DNA of 64,000 nucleotides from Pseudovirgaria hyperparasitica (taxonomy: Eukaryota), in NCBI GenBank assembly GCA_010093815.1, contig ML996575.1. One strand, 5' to 3'. Below are positions 1 through 13,700 of this stretch, in pieces. The position numbers and the translations under genes were made by a program. The first letter of the stretch is position 1, and each line of letters begins with the position of its first letter. The notes under the pieces were generated by a model. The model worked only from the letters and a program-made list of their open reading frames with translations. It made no database searches and was not told the DNA's origin.

Positions 1-1387
1 TCGGGCACTCCGTTCAACGGGAGCTGGCCTGTCTGGGTCTGGGGTAATTATGGGAGGTCTGCTGCATATGGCTTGCCGGCTTTCTCCTAGATACCTTCTT
101 CCTAATAAGTATTAAAACGGCGAATCGCCGCACGATGCAGAGATGCAGACGCCAGCTGCAGCTGCAGCCAGCGTGCATAGCCGACCGATGTGCGTACGTG
201 GGTGTGCCGGAAGACAGCGAGCGCGTTTCGAGGACGGCTGACGGCGACTTTTGCTGGCTGTGAATGCAAACAGTCAACAAGAACAATTGAGGCATTCCCT
301 GTCTTTGCTGTCCTCTGGGCTGGCTCTTGGGGGGACAATCGTTATATCTAGCAATGATGGCTGTGGCCACTAATAAGCAGCTGATGATAGTCGTGTTCTG
401 GGCAATAATGATGAATGCGCGGGGGGTCGTTGTGATCGGGGGTTTCCTAAGCCTATCTGTTATATTTGTTGTATCGCCTGGCAGGCTGACTGGCTGACTG
501 GAACTGCCTCACCACCCAACTTGGCCATTGCCGCCGCCCAGCACAAGCCACCTTAAGCGCTATATGTGATGGGGCCACGCCAAACATCGCCAAACGCCAC
601 ATCCCTCGCCGGCACACTTGGCACACCCCAATCCCTTAGTACCTATACCTAACATCCTTATACACTACTGCACCTCTGTAGTCTCACTCATCACTACAGT
701 ACTGTATGTCTGCATCTCCCAATAAGCCCAACTCTCTCCACTCTGCTCAGTCGTGGGGGAATGTTACTTGTACACTTCGACACAATTGAAGGGGAGGGGG
801 AGGGGTGGCGCCCTTCTCCGGAACACTTGATGAGCCAACATGCGTTTTTGCTACTATGTGTTCTCCTGTTCACTTCAAACCCGTGCTCTGGGTTTGTGCT
901 GTCTGCTGTTGTCCCGAGAGATTGGTTCAAGCATTTTAACATCCCTCCCCCCTTGTTCTGCCGTCATCTCATTACATGCTGGCCATATCTTTGCAACTCC
1001 TAACCACATCCACCCTTCTACAACTGTCATACGCCATATTCATAGTCCCTGTCCGAGCCCATGTGGGGTGGTTATCATTACTTTCTTCCCGCAAGAGCCA
1101 CATCGCCTCACGGCCTCTATATCTAGCTTCCTTCTTTGAAACATCCGAGCTTCTGTCACTGCTATCGCCATCATCCCGGTTGACATCTGGTTTCCTTGTT
1201 TGACACTTTGCACGCTGTGTGGGAAGCTGTGGGGATCAGTGTCAGGTCATGCTCGCTCATCAACTTGCATACTCTCTCACTGCTGTTTCCCCTCGTACAT
1301 AATCCTCTGGGCACTTGATTTCTTCACGAAGGCCTTCCTACTCCTCCGCCAGCAACACCGGACGGTCGACAATATCATCTGTCAAAG

Positions 1388-2804
1388 ATGGTTGACTTTG
1401 CAACTCATCTTCGCTCCGAGTCCTGGTCTCTGTACGGGGTTGGGATCGCCGTCATCGTGCTTCGATGGTAGATCATCCTTTTACGCAACGTGACTCTTGC
1501 TGACATTAGCCTTAGCTTCGCAAGAGTACGCAGAGTTGGCTTGAAGGGCTTCTGTGCCGATGACTGGCTCATGATTCTGGCTGGGGTACGTATATTATAG
1601 CCTTCAACGTTCTCAGTGTGCTGAATTATGTCAAGGTCCTATATACAACCCTTGTCTATACCCTGAACAGAATCGCCAGCGGTGGGGGTAGCAACCTGTT
1701 TGAACCAGAGCTTTTCGATACCTTCACTCAGGAGGAGATCGATGAGCGTATACTTGGCTCAAAGATTGTCGTCATCTCCGAACAAGTCAGTAAATTTGGT
1801 TGTCCGTATGATAGGTTCTGTGCTAACATATCCTATAGGCCATGCTGTGCCTAATCTACCTCCTCAAGTGCTGCATGCTTTGCATGTATTATCGTATTAC
1901 CATTGGAACTAGGCAGACCCGCCTTATTCTGCTTCTCTCCGGCTATGTTGCCGTTGGATTCATTGCTACAGAAGTTGGCTTCTTTACTTTCTGTCGACCG
2001 TTCAAAGGGTACTGGGGAATGCCTCCGCCAGACCCGCAATGCACGACCCTCGCCCACTACGCAATCACACAAGCATGCTTCAACCTCTCGAGCGATGTCA
2101 TGATGCTACTAATCGCAGTACCGATGGTCATTCGCCTAAATCTCCCCCTGAAGCAAAAACTCGTCCTCGCCCTCGTCTTCAGCATGGGCACCTTTGTCAT
2201 CATCGCCGCTATCCTTACAAAAGTCTACAATCTCTCCGACGTCTACGACTCGTCGTACATGTTGTGGTATATTCGCGAGTCCTCCGTTGCCGTCTACGTC
2301 TCCAACACGCCCATGATCTGGCCTCTTCTCCGCGAATTCGTCCCCTTTCTCCGCACCGCCGTTACCAGCGCCGGCAGCCGCACTGCCGGTCTCAACTCAC
2401 GCAGCAGGAACCAGCGCGACCAGGACAGCAACGCGATACTCTCGCACAACCGCAAATCGGGCGTCGAAGCCGACGCCCACGAGCTCAACTACGTCAAGTC
2501 TGTCAGCAACGACACCGACCGGACCTCCGACGACGGCGACGACGACCACAGCATGGGACACTCTGGACGCAACGAGTTGCGCTTCCACCAGAGCAATCGT
2601 CGTGCCGGCAGCCTCGCGTCCGACGAGTGCGAGCTCAATAGCGCGTTCTGGGGCAAGGGCGACATCCACCAGGAGACGACAATCGAGATCCAGCGCGAGA
2701 GTGTGGACCTGGAGAGCCAGACTGGACTGCCGAGAAGCATGAGCTGGGTCAGTAAACCGATGCGCCAGGTGCGGATCGAGGGCGGCGAGAGGAGTTATAC
2801 TTGA
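1388..2804 (+). CDS. PTH11-like / fungal rhodopsin-domain integral membrane protein (4 exons)
   Basis: ATG 1388 gives MVDFATHLRSESWSLYGVGIAVIVLR. Three GT-AG introns near 1468, 1586 and 1786 join it to ...GFCADDWLMILAG... and to ORF 1842-2804, which has the family motifs CRPFKGYW, NLSSDVMMLLIAVPMV, L-LPLKQKLVL-LVFSMG-FVII and W-IRESSVAVYVSN-P, followed by a Ser/Asp-rich tail. Confidence 0.85.
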
Positions 2805-5800
2805 GCGACCTTGAGAAGCACATTGGAAAGCCAACATCGCATGGATTGCATACTTTTATGAATCTATACTATACACCGCGAATCAGAGACGACACGACAC
2901 GAACATAGAGGCAAAAGTGGCCCGAGGCGTCAAAAAACAATGTTTGCTAAATTTATCGACTGCGATACACGACACATGGCTAAGTCTCGGGCCATACTTC
3001 GACATGCCAATCGACTCTCACATGCAGTTATACTCTTATGATACCCCTGGGATAGAAACGACCTGTGTTTATACCACCACGCTGGTGGGATTTATGTTGT
3101 TTGTTACGATTACCACGCATGTGTCACGGCTTTATAGATAGGGCAGGATACTGGGGAAAGTCACGAAATGAGATGCAGGCCTGCATTTTCCAGACTGCAG
3201 CAAGCAAGCGGATTGCCTGCGCACTATAAACAGCCCAGGTTCCAACAGACCGGGAGGGGAGAGCAAAGCAGTACCTAGCATCACTGGGCCGTGATAGCCA
3301 GACGACCGATTCAACACATCTAGAACGCAAATAGACGCAAATAGAGGATAGAGACAGAGACAGCGACAGAGAGAGTGACAGAGAGACAGAGAGACAGATA
3401 GAATTGAAAAAAAAAGAGAGACTTGAATCATCAACAGACGTCCCGTGAAACTGGCAAAGGATTCACCCAAAAAAATAGAGTTTTAAAGTTTACGCTACAT
3501 GTGTCTGACAAGTAATCGTCACACAGCATCATGTCTGTCCCCGGCGACCCGTGGAGGTTCACAGCACGGTCCAGGTGGTGAATCATGGATGGATGGATGG
3601 ATGGATGCGCGCAGAAATGATCGCCAGGCACAACAACGCAAACACATACATACATATACATACATTTATTGCGCCGCAAGATGGTCGATGGTCCTGCATA
3701 TATATACGACTAGGAAGGAATAACATATCCTACATATATCCCATGCCAGACCTCTCTCACGAATGAATCATTCCACACTCCACCTCCCCCTCCACCACCA
3801 CCTCCTCCTATCCTCCCTCCCCCGAGAAGAAAAAAACCATCTCTCCTAACCAATCCCCCAAGCGCAACCCATCAACCTCGTCCGTCCTCCGAGCGTCACG
3901 AAACCAGGTACTAACTACCTAGCATCATTCCATCAACCCCGCAGTCGCAGTCGCACTCCTCCTTCCACATTCCGCATCATGCGCCGCGTCCTCCGTGCTC
4001 GGTCCTCCACGCGGTGCAGGGACCCGAGCTTGACCTTGGGCTTGAGCTTGGCCTTGACCTTGACGGCGGCACCGCGGGTGCTCTGACGTGCTCGTGCGAG
4101 GTTTGGACTAATTAGAGGTACTGCTACTACACTATCCGGTCAAAGAATACCCCCCGACCGGACCCGACCTGATGATCCCTGGAGCTAATTAGACCGCCGG
4201 TGAAGCGGCGAATCGGCGAGTCGGCGGGTCGGCGGCTGGAAGAAGAAGGAGGGGAAGAGGCATTACTTGGGACGGCTGGATGGATGGATGGATGGGATGG
4301 ATGGCGCTTGGGGTACGTACCTACCGTGCGTTCCTGTCCCTCTTAGGTAAGTAGGTATGTAAGTAAGGAAGTAAGGACTGGGTGGATTGTATATCTCGGG
4401 TTTGGTGGTTTGGTGGTTTGGTGGGACTTTCTTTTTCGTAGTGTTACATAACGCCAGTCTTGCTGTTATCCATGGCTATGACTGACTACCTACTGGTAAT
4501 ACCATCACGCACGATTCGAAGGGGAGAAGGAGAGAAAGAGCGAGCCCCCCACGCTAAGAGGGACGAGCGGTGCGTGGCGCGCGGACGGGCTCGGCGATGG
4601 CGGCGGCGGCGGCGGCGGCTAAGCGAGGTGCTAGTTAGGTATGGATGGTATGGTATTTGAATTTTTGTCAATGGGATGGTAAATTGGACTAGGAAGAAAT
4701 GCCGGCTTGCTTGCTTGTTGTGGGTCTGCTGGTTTGATGTATGAGCTTGGTTGATTGGAAGGATCGTAATGGTTGATATATACGTGACGACTATGGAATG
4801 TACAGCATGTGTGTTTATTGGTGGGATGTATACGCTGTGGTTATATAGCACGGTAGGTGAGGTGTGAGGATATGGGTGAGATGTAGTGATGGATATCCTG
4901 TTTGGTTCATTGAAGGGACTTATTTCGGAGGAACTTCTTTGGTACGGAGGAGGGGCTGGTGTTTGGACTTGGTATTAGTACAAACAGTAGTATCTAGTGT
5001 TGTCTAACAAGCCAGTCAACTATACTGCCCATCTCCGCATCTGGCCAGGATGATATTCTAGCATTATAGTGTTCCAGACAACTTCTTGCATATACTACTC
5101 ACCACTAGAGAACAAATTACAGTTCTAGCGTGACTCATGACGACGACGTCAAGACGGATTCTGAAAAGAAAAAAACAGCGCAGATCGTTGTTCATGCCAA
5201 CTCATGAGTTTAATTGTCACTCAGATGTAGACTAATACCGTTTGCTCCAACGGAATATAAAGACGAGCTTTCCTGCCATCTATCCATCTTGCATCTTGAC
5301 TGGCGCGTCTTACCTAGGAATTACTTCCCCTGGTCATGGGCTGGAATATTGGAGTAATACGTACATGTAAAAACTGGAATATAGCTATAAGTTTGATATC
5401 TCGATGTAAGATGCTACCTCATCCTGGATGGGCATTGGGCATAGAACATGTAAGTATCTGACTGATACTATTACCATGCGATTATTCTGCTACGTTCGTT
5501 GTTCAAATAAGTTTCGAGTTTCTTATATAGTCTGATGATACGCACACCTTCGTGACACAATAACTTAACACCTAGATACAAGACGCGGCTGCTCGGGAAC
5601 ATGTTATCTCAGGTGCTAGATTCAGCAGTACTACCTGGAACATAGATAGTTCCGCGATGATCGATGAGATGGATACGGTTCTAGGAGTGATTTCTTTTCT
5701 CTTTCTTCTCTACAGGTAAGTGAGAAGGCAGATATAGAATAGAACAACTCCATCTGTACAGGGAACAAAGGCTTGATTTTATTGGAAGCTTCTGATACGA

Positions 5801-8394
5801 GCTATCTCCTTTCTTCCTTCCTTCCCTGTCCAAGATTGACACATATATACACAACTCATCTTATTCTATGTTCTATGTTCTATGTTCTACCCCTGATGCG
5901 TCTCCCTGATCTATTTTCGCAAGGCGACCTATATATAGACCCAGCCCGCTCCCCACGCCGTCGTGGTATCCATATATAACATCCTTCGCCCAAAGACAAG
6001 ACTGGAAATTTCAGGTATGATGATACTGCTGTTATCCCAGAATATAGTGTCGTAACGCATTTGAGTGGATGCTGTCTTACCTGCCAAACACACCCACGAG
6101 AGACCTGTTTGCCGCATGCATGCATGCATACTGAAGATGGGAGATTCCTCGATTGGCGAATAGCCTGGAAATGCAGATTATGTGAGTTTGGCATACTGGA
6201 GAAGTGGCAGTTCGCTATGTCGGGGTTGTTGGAGTTGTGACTTTATAGGTATTTCTGTTTGTTTGTTTGTTTGTTTGATCACTGACCTTGCATACATGGT
6301 CTTACCTAGCTAATTGGCTCCTAAGTGTTATAGTTTTCAGAGTCGTGGTATAGATGTCTGGCCGCGTCTCTCTAGCATAAAGCGCAGCTTCTCACTAGCA
6401 TCCGCTCTCCAAAAACATAACAATTACTGGTTCTTCATCTTGCCTGTTGTCTGTTGCCTATCATTATGGAGGGTAAGATATACATCGCAGTGTCTTCTCT
6501 CCACAGCAGTTCTATCAACGCGGATATACGACGCAAACGCATCTGTTCATGTCGTCTTCATCGCTTAGAGATATGATATCCAAAGGAGTTAGTTAGCAAA
6601 TATGATGATAACGTATAAGACGGCGCAGTATCAGGCCGAAAATATCCATTCATGGCTACGAACAGTCTAAGGTCCGATAAGTGAGCAGAGAAGGCGTCTT
6701 ACGCCTACTTTCGAGAATTACCCTACTACCTATCCATCCATAGCAAAAACCTCGCGAACATGTGCATAGCCTCAAAATCTCACAAGCAATATACCCAACT
6801 TCCCCTACCCACACGAAGTTGCCATATGCTTACTGTCTATTTACCCAACTGCCTCAGCATTCTAAAAAACAGTCCGCAGTCAAGACATCATCCACAGCAT
6901 TTTGGACGTTACAACTCCCCCTTCTAATAATCAACCTCATCATCCTAGACGCCACGAACGAGGAAACTGAGATCTGATCTGACGTGGTTCAAGAAAATGG
7001 AAAACCAGATCGGTTTGTCGACCGAATGGAGTTTTTGAGTGAGAGGAGATAGTTAGTCAAGTTATTCTAAATTCAGGGCTTTTCGTGTATGTCTGGCTGG
7101 TCCTCCTGAGGGCGGCGCATGCCTGTATAAGCAACAGTAGCAGCAGTAGCAGCAACAGCAACAGTAACAGCCAACGTGTAAACATAGCTTTATAGACCGA
7201 CAATGATCACCCCGAGGCAGGTCTCCGAGCACGCATTGGACAAATGCCAGCTCGTTACACACCGTCCTAGAGACTCTCCCAACAGATATGGATCCCGAAT
7301 CCTCCACATGAGACCTCAAGTGTCTATGAGCTAATATGCTGCGTGGGTAGGTCTAGGCGGGATAGGTCTGCTACGTACCTGCTACGTGTGCGAGCTTTGC
7401 GCCGATTTTGGTTTATGACGAGCCAAGGCGTTGACGATGTGTAATACACGCATGTTATCACCGCGGCGCGCTTTGTGTGGAAGAGACGGCTTGAATGCAT
7501 GTATGTGCTGCAGAAAGCCATGTTCGAAAGATGATGCATTGTCGCTCAGGACGACAGTGAATTGTGCAGTGCAGGAACTTGTCTGTACGTACGTAGAACA
7601 TATCACGAAGACCTGTAGGGCTTGTGAAGAACTACGAGTGCACAAAAGATGATCAGATCAGGCTGCAGCGACATAGGCACAGACGTAAAGGTAAGACTAT
7701 AAGGCAGTGGTAGCCCATCAGTCAAGCTCGATCATCGCCTTAACCTGAGGCATTGTAACTCACGTCGGGTGATGTGAGCTCGTTCAAAACTAGGGTCTAG
7801 AGGGAGAATATGTATTCGGTGACATAATTCTAACAGTGATACATGGGCCAGACGATGCGTTTGTAAAGCATCGACATGACCACAATTCCTTAAGAGAGGG
7901 GACCCACGGGGTCTTCCTCGATAACAAGATACATACAAGAAGATGTTATTCAAGGAGAGAGCAAACAGCAGAGCGCTGATTGCGAGAAAATAATCATGAT
8001 TCATAACACGAGAACACGTCATGCGTCTGTAATTACTCTGCTCAACGCTCAAAGCCAATCAACATCATACACCCAAAGTAGTTGCAACACCCAGCGCTTG
8101 GTTGTTGTATACACAAGAGCCACCCATAATGTTGAAAAGAAAGATAATGAGAAGTCTCATTACACAACGCGGATGTGAGAAAGAAAAACGAATCAAACCT
8201 TGAATTTGCGGTATCGACGAGTCGATACACGCGAACATATCATTGCAATGAGACGACAATATCACACTTGCACGTTCAGGGACCGACTGCATCATTTACA
8301 GTCGTGTTCCACAAACGTGAAAACGGACATTGACGTGTGAAAGGAAAGCTTTGCGGGGGAGGGCGGAGGGGGAGTTACTGCAGTAGTGATGATA

Positions 8395-10361
8395 CTATTG
8401 CGGGTTGTTGGCGAATAATGTCGGGTTGTAATGCGCGTTGCCGAAGTCGAATGCAGATGAGTAGTCTAGGGTCTGATATGCAGTGGTGTAATCATATGCA
8501 GAATAGTCGCCCATAAGCGACGACGACGGGTCGAATTGGGGCTGATACAATTCTGGGGTGACAAGTGCAGTCGACGCCTGTATTGACGTGGTAGGAACCG
8601 AGGCAGATGATGGTAGTTGAGCAGTCGCATATTGTGGCACACCATGCTCGTCGACGATGTGGGAATGAGTGAAGTTGTACGGCACATCGCACGGGGACTG
8701 AGCTTCTTGGGTGTCGACGACGTCTCCATCGCTATTCGAAAATAAGGCGTCATTCGACACATGTACTTCGATCTCTTTCATCCAATGCTGCTTGAGATAG
8801 TCCATCGGCGGATCGTCACCACCGCCCTTACCACCACGCTTTTCAGAATCATGCTTGCCTTTGCGGCCACGTTTGCGTGGGTGGAAATGGGCGCGGCGGA
8901 GGTGAGCAGCGGCATTATAATACGCACCATACTGCTTTCTATTGCGGCACTGCTTGCAGTTGGCGAGGAAGCGCTTGCCTTCTGAAGCATCGACAGTCAC
9001 CCATACTTTTTTCACTGTCGCGTGCTTACGATCAACGTGCCTCCGAAGCTCATGCTCGCCACGGAACCCGTCAGGGTATTCATTGCAGTGGGGACATAGA
9101 GTCTTCGGGTGTTGAGGACGAATGTACGGAGCCTTCGTGATCTGAGCAACGTCTTTGGAAGAACCGTCTTGAGACTTGATGCGAACCATCTTGGTCTGAC
9201 ATGAAGCACGTGACGCAGCAGTTTCGGTAGCACTTTTAGGTGCTATCGGACGTGCTGCGGAGGCAAGAACCTCTTGCTTACGTTGTGAGCAGCGCGATTG
9301 TGTAGAGACAGCGCTCTGATACGATGTCGACCTTTGCATCTCCTCCACTAGGTCCGACTGAGTGACTGATTGAGAGTATGGTGCTTCTTGGACACCATAC
9401 GAAGACAACAAAGACTGTGGTTGATCCACCGCAGAAACAAAAACAGGAGAAGTAATGAAATTAGAGTTTGAGCTCTCAAACTTTACATGATGGGACTCAG
9501 GAAATAGAGAAGACTCTCTAGTACACACGTTAGAGCATGCAGAAACATTGGAATCAACACGAAGCATTTCAAAGGGAGTACTATTGTACGAAGTACCAGC
9601 AGAACTGTTTTCACAACTCAGTTGACTTTCCATAGCAGAGCTGGTAGGAGTGTCAATGCTACTTGCCGATTCCGTAGGAGAGGTTCCTCCATAGTGGAAA
9701 TCGGGTTGGCCGAAGGATAGCTGAACCGCATCGGTAGTATAGTCGTCGACAGGACTGCTGATATATTGTTGGCGCGGGAGGAGGGAATCAGTGAAGTTTC
9801 GCTGAACGAAGGCCCCAGGCGAGTAAATATGCATATTCGGCGAGTTTGGGTTGGAGGCACCGTCAGATTTCGGCAAGTCGTTGGTAGGGCTCAATGTGTA
9901 GTACGAGTCGGTCCAGTCCAAGGATACATCAGTTTTGGGAGCATTCTGACCAAATGTTGAGGCAGACGCATCGGCGAAATTGGTGTAGATGTCGCCGCAA
10001 AAGCTTTCGGCTGGAGCAGATTGCGAGGAGGCGTTCATATTACGATCTAGGGCTGTCGAGGTGTAACCCTAGCAGAGGTTAGAGAGATGGGAACGGTGAG
10101 GACCAAAAAACAGAGCCATACAGGGACATGTCGGGTGGCGATGGGACTTCCGTAGGATATACTCCGAGGGACGTGTGTGGTGGGCTGAGGATCGTCGAAG
10201 TGTTTGAGTTCGGAGAAAAGTTCTTGTTTGCGTTGGGACCAACGCATCTGGAATTCTTCCTCGGATGGGCACTGATTCCGGACGGCCTTCATTTCCTCGA
10301 GAAGGACATTCTGAAAGGTAGCGTCAGTGGTCGAGGGGTGCATGATGGTATTGCTCGCCAT
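8395..10361 (-). CDS. KLAP1-like (key-lime pathogenicity protein family) putative zinc-finger transcription factor, about 637 aa, 2 exons
   Basis: Exon 1 is 10361-10122 (MASNTIMH...RHVP). Intron 10121-10069 (GTATGG...CTAAC...CTAG) joins it in frame to ORF 10038-8395. The protein contains CPHCNEYPDGFRGEHELRRHVDRKH and CKQCRNRKQYGAYYNAAAHLRRAHF (two C2H2-like fingers) and a basic RKRGRKGK...KRGGKGGGDDPP motif typical of this family. Family assignment is from recall. Confidence 0.75.
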
Positions 10362-12119
10362 TAGTCGATCGAGTGTTGAGATGTTGTGGGGTAACAAGTG
10401 TATCGAGTAGCAATATTGATAGCCTGGTGATGAACAAGGCTGCAGACACACGAAGATGATCAGCAAACACGCGAGGAGACGATCACGACTACAGGAAGAT
10501 AGAGTGGGAGCTCATCCAGAAGCACATACCTAGTAAATGCGGAGAAGGTTGTGAAGAAGTAAAGGAGGTTCTGAATGAAGCTGCGAATGAGTGACGCAGG
10601 AAAGCTAGGGCGAGCGGGAAATCGGGAGCAAAGGAGGATGGGGAAGGGCGGGCCTTTTGAGCACGAGAGAGTGAGGGAAGTCCGACTGCGGAGACTCTGA
10701 CTGCCACGTCAGGCGAGCACGCACACAAGGAAAAACTGACCAGGGCCCCAGGCAGCATTCAGGCAGGGATAATTACAGTACTGTACCTACCCGCTCGCTA
10801 CTGCAGTAATCAATACCGGGTATCAGGTATTCTATCCCACAACTTTCACACTTCACACATAAACACCAGCCAACCACCGTTCATCCACCAGTCACTCCAT
10901 CACCATCTCACAACCCAATCATGCTCATGATCCCAGACTTGCAACTCAATCTATCGACTCGCCGGCTGCAGGCTTTGTTTCCTATTGGCTGCCCCATTCC
11001 TTTTTCCGGGCGCTGGCTGACTCTAATCGTAGCGTCTCGGCTGATCAGCTCGTCGATCCCTCCACTGTCGTAATCCGCTTTTCCTCTTTCTCTCTCCCAC
11101 CATGACACGGACAGGGCACAAGAACAATTACGAAATGCCTTGGACTGGTTCCTTTTCTCGCACGTTATCGTAGCCTAGAACCTATACTGAGTATACTCAC
11201 AAAGTGGTGGAGATATTAGCCATTGGAGGATGTAAAACACCACGCCCCTCCACGTCCTCCCCTTCCGACAGGGCAGATCCATAGCCCTTGCATTCCTCCG
11301 ACGCGCGATTTTGACGCTGGAGTCTGCCATCCAACTGCCACCCTCCGCAATAGTCATCGTGCATTTATGCTGCATTACATAACCCTCGCTCGCACCACCC
11401 GTCATGTCGTCGTTTCCAGACCGGTCTGCTACAATACTTGCAACGGTGGCTCGCCTCCAAAGCTTTGGCTAGCACTCAAGAGATGATGACTTGGTCTGGC
11501 CCGTACCCCATGCCATCATGGCGCGAGACTAAACCACCTCCTTGACCGGCAATCAACCTTCCGCAATCCTTCCATGTCTATGGGGCTGGAGAGCAAGGAG
11601 CATAATAGCACGAAGTACATCACGTCTCACATGGAACGCACCCACCGGGTCAGCCCAAAGAAGGCAACCGCATCATTTCGTATGCAAGCTTTGTCTTATT
11701 TGTCCAAGCCACACCTCTCTCGTATTACTCCTCCACTTGGCAATAACCTCATCCCGGTGAAATGATGGCTTGCTTATCGCAATCTATTTCGCCTTCTATC
11801 CTGGTCGTCTAGGTCGCTCCAACTGACCGTGGCGCCTCAGCTTGCTGGGTATGTTCCGAGTTTCATCGTGTTGCCTGTTTATCCTGAACATGCCTCGTCA
11901 TGACTCCGCCTCCAACACCACCTGTCCAAAATTCGAATTTAACCAATCCCTGGTCTTGCAAGTCTTGATATTACAGTACGAGGCTGCCTTCGTATACCGT
12001 ATATCAGGTGCCCATGTTTGGCACTAGGATCTCTTTTTTGTCTTGACTGTCACGAAAGCGATGCCTTGTCTTCTCTACGCTCTCTCGTCAAAATACTGTA
12101 ACTTTAACCGCGCGCCTTC

Positions 12120-13700
12120 TTAGACCTGTCCATCTTCCATAAAGTCCTCATTAAAGTCGTCAAATTGGGCCGGATACGGCACTCCGCTGTAGCCACGCCA
12201 AGGCGTCAAACAATCCTGCCCCAGTATCTTTCTCCAGTGCCATGTACTGAGCCGTTCTGTCGCAGTCTCTCCATATTCTGATGTGGAGTACGTAGTCATT
12301 GTCTTTCCATACGTGTAGTTGCTCATCGACGAGCAGTAGGGTCTTAGCGGCTGATGACGCTTATGATCGTCCTCCCAGAACCTGTCGACGTCAGTATCTT
12401 TGCCGAAGATATCGTTGACTTCTCGCTGCAACATGTGCGCAACATGATTTTCCAACTCGACGATTTCGTCGTCGGTGATCTCGGGTGTCTCGGTTGATGG
12501 TGGCGACGGCTCTTGTCTTGTTGCAGTACAGCATTTGGTCATCCACACAAGGCTTGAGTCGTTCTCCAGGGCTGACATCTGCTCCGATGTTCGCTTCATA
12601 TTGGAAGCCTTGGAAGTAATTGCTACAGTTCTCTCCAGTTCAGGTGATGTGCTGCTCACAGCAGGAGAATACCCAGCGCTAGCATCAGATTTCCTAACAG
12701 TCCGACAAGGTGAGTTCGATCTCGGAGAGTCGTATAATCTCGTGTTAGGTGGTCCCTCCACCAGCTGTGCGGAACTCCCGCCATTGAGTCCCGATGTTGT
12801 ACTATCAGGCCTGTCCTCATGCTTCGACTCTTTCGCGCTTTTTAGAACTTGGCGACGGTCTCGCGATTGTCGTTTGTCTCCACCATATTCCGATCCCACA
12901 CGTGTCTGCGGGAACTCTTTCTCAGACCTTGTTGGTGACGGCGGCATGTCAGGCATCGAGGACAGTGTGGTGATTGAGGTTGCATAAGATCTGGCAGATT
13001 CTGACGAAGACATGGAATCAGAGTGCTGCTTGTTCTTTGTCTCGCCACCTTTGTCCTTGTGTGGACTATGTCCTTTCGGCAACATCGGCATTGTTGACGA
13101 ATGTACCAAGACTGGGATTGTGAAAGGTTTCATGGTCGCATAATCCGACGTTGCAACCGATCCAACGTCCTCTGTTTGCTCTGTCTCCATCTCTTTCTCT
13201 TCCAGTGGACTCACACACCTCGACGTACCCGTTGTATTCGGCGTCGATGGTGATCTCGATGTCCGCGCGAGACGAGATCTTGTGCCAGTCGACGACACCG
13301 ACGAAGGATTCTCTCCCTTCTTCATATCCGTCCCTACCTCCTTCCTCGAACTCTTTCTCTCACGCCCAAACAGATCCGTAAACGACCACTCCCCGGCCGT
13401 CGAAACAGAAGCAAGCGAATGTCTCCAACTCCTCCCCGTGGTCGACCCCGAGCTCCGCGTGCCCTGCGTCTCCGTCGACGGCCTCACCATCTGGCACTCC
13501 ATAACCGCGCTTGTCCTCCCACTCGTTGCGGCATTCGCAGGATCATGAAAGGAATCGATCCGGACCGCTCTCGGAGGCTCACTCTTCACCTTTCGCGCAG
13601 CCGCTCTGGCCTTTGCAGCTGCTTTCGCCGCCTTCGCCTCGCTCGCAAGTCTGGCTCGCTCGCGCGCCAGGAGATGGAGGTCGCTCTCGAACGTGGACAT
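12120..13700 (-). CDS. Hypothetical Ser/Thr-rich, largely disordered protein (526 aa)
   Basis: Long uninterrupted ORF with ATG in a good context (ACAAATG), an N-terminal helical A/K/R segment and an aromatic-rich C-terminus. No domain recognised. Confidence 0.65.
   Translation of the reverse strand: MSTFESDLHLLARERARLASEAKAAKAAAKARAAARKVKSEPPRAVRIDSFHDPANAATSGRTSAVMECQMVRPSTETQGTRSSGSTTGRSWRHSLASVSTAGEWSFTDLFGRERKSSRKEVGTDMKKGENPSSVSSTGTRSRLARTSRSPSTPNTTGTSRCVSPLEEKEMETEQTEDVGSVATSDYATMKPFTIPVLVHSSTMPMLPKGHSPHKDKGGETKNKQHSDSMSSSESARSYATSITTLSSMPDMPPSPTRSEKEFPQTRVGSEYGGDKRQSRDRRQVLKSAKESKHEDRPDSTTSGLNGGSSAQLVEGPPNTRLYDSPRSNSPCRTVRKSDASAGYSPAVSSTSPELERTVAITSKASNMKRTSEQMSALENDSSLVWMTKCCTATRQEPSPPSTETPEITDDEIVELENHVAHMLQREVNDIFGKDTDVDRFWEDDHKRHQPLRPYCSSMSNYTYGKTMTTYSTSEYGETATERLSTWHWRKILGQDCLTPWRGYSGVPYPAQFDDFNEDFMEDGQV

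Noticed and set aside
7128..7175. PolyQ-coding exon or Cys-rich peptide (ORF 7062-7319)
   Set aside because: A degenerate CAG/CAA/TAG microsatellite with stops in the Gln frame; the Cys run on the minus strand is a by-product.
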